The notes under the pieces were generated by a model that did no database searches, was not told the origin of the DNA, and saw only the letters and a list, made by a program, of their open reading frames with translations. Source: Selaginella moellendorffii (lineage: Eukaryota; Plantae; Lycopodiophyta). From it: a DNA stretch of 64,000 nucleotides. A program made the position numbers and the translations under genes. Below are positions 63,219-64,000 of this stretch, one piece after another. Where the stretch lies: assembly GCF_000143415.4 (NCBI RefSeq), contig NW_003314288.1, positions 1,855,515 through 1,919,514 of the forward strand, in the 5' to 3' direction. Each line of letters opens with the position of its first letter. The stretch's first letter is position 1.

Positions 63219-63596
63219 TGTTAGGAATCCCCCAATTCTTGCCACATTCCTGACTCTCACCGGATTCCTGACCTGCAGACCACATTCCTGATTTTCAAGA
63301 CACTTCCCTATTCCTGACTCTCAAGACACTTCCCTATTTCCGACTCTCTGATTTCCTGTACGATTCCTGAGTCTCAAGCCACATTCTTGATATTGATGTG
63401 GCGCCTCCTCAACCTCAGCTATATTTAGGCCGTCCTTGATCCAAGAGTAGTGGAGCTTCATCAACCTATAGTATATATAGGTTAGCCTTGTTCCATTTCT
63501 TCACAATCTGAATCAACGCCAATCTAAAGCCTCTTCTTTGTTTCCACTAGCTTTTCTCTTTGTCTTTTGCATTTTCCAGTCTTGATCTTATTGACA
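63219..63596 (+). repeat. 3' LTR
   Basis: Direct repeat of the 5' LTR with extra ATTCCTGACTCTC-type subrepeats. Confidence 0.95.
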
Positions 63597-64000
63597 ATCT
63601 ATCCCTAAATGTGTTATTGCTTAAGAGGATTAATATAAAAACAGATTGATTTCTTTAATACAACACACATACTTTATTGTGAAGAAGAGATTGCCTTTAA
63701 AAAACTATAAATATTTATGAATTTAGTAGGTTTACAGAAATGCTATAAAATATCAAACTTATGTGAATTCTATGAGTGGGAAAGAGTTTATAAAATATAT
63801 AAATAATGTGCTATAAAAAAATATTTTTCAAGATATTCAAGCTAGCCCTTACTTTTCTATCATAGTGGATGCTAGTATTAATAGAAGTTTAGAAAGTTAA
63901 CTTATCATATACATCTATGTAAGAAGAAGAAAAAATCTAAATAAGATTTACTTTATATAATTGATAATAATTGAATATATTTTTGCTATAGTAAATATAA

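Larger units (their letters stand above)
58089..63596 (+). mobile_element. Full-length Ty3/gypsy chromovirus (Tf1/sushi/Tcn1-like), inactivated by point mutations
   Basis: LTRs 58089-58392 and 63219-63596 (TG..CA); perfect TSD ATCTA (58084-58088 / 63597-63601); gag with CLYC..H....C knuckle; protease LLDSGA; RT YLDD; RNase H; integrase; chromodomain YEVQDILD..YYLVDWKG..ERTWEP; PPT GAGGAGGGGG. Confidence 0.97.

Overview
Gene-dense plant nuclear DNA with very short introns (about 45-70 nt). It is most likely the lycophyte Selaginella; this is inferred from intron size, a long intronless PLS-type PPR gene, cyanovirin-N homologues and a fungal-type chromovirus. Each end holds a Ty3/gypsy chromovirus. 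The left one is defective and has a nested TRIM. The right one is full-length with TSDs, a self-priming PBS and a GGGAAAC -1 frameshift signal. Between them, in order: U1 snRNA, AVT3/ANT1-like amino-acid transporter, tRNA-Gly(TCC), MscS-like channel, germin-like protein, a papain-fold-like ORF, two CVNH lectin genes, a small PPKRG-motif protein, separase, an orphan ORF, AT-rich relic DNA with a 100-N gap, a scrambled separase pseudogene, an AG-peptide, a USP39/Sad1 pseudogene, an F-box/WD40 gene, a four-domain cation channel, PPR, E2 (UBC), a prion-like low-complexity ORF, a CD2BP2/LIN1 homologue, Argonaute, synaptotagmin and a small conserved plant protein. The most striking items are (1) the four-domain channel with an E-E-D-D pore, charge-poor S4 helices and NALCN/Cch1-like linkers, a class considered absent from flowering plants, and (2) the 10.9-13.8 kb cluster of two apparent pseudo-enzymes plus two secreted CVNH lectins. 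All family calls come from motif recognition by eye; no database searches were run.
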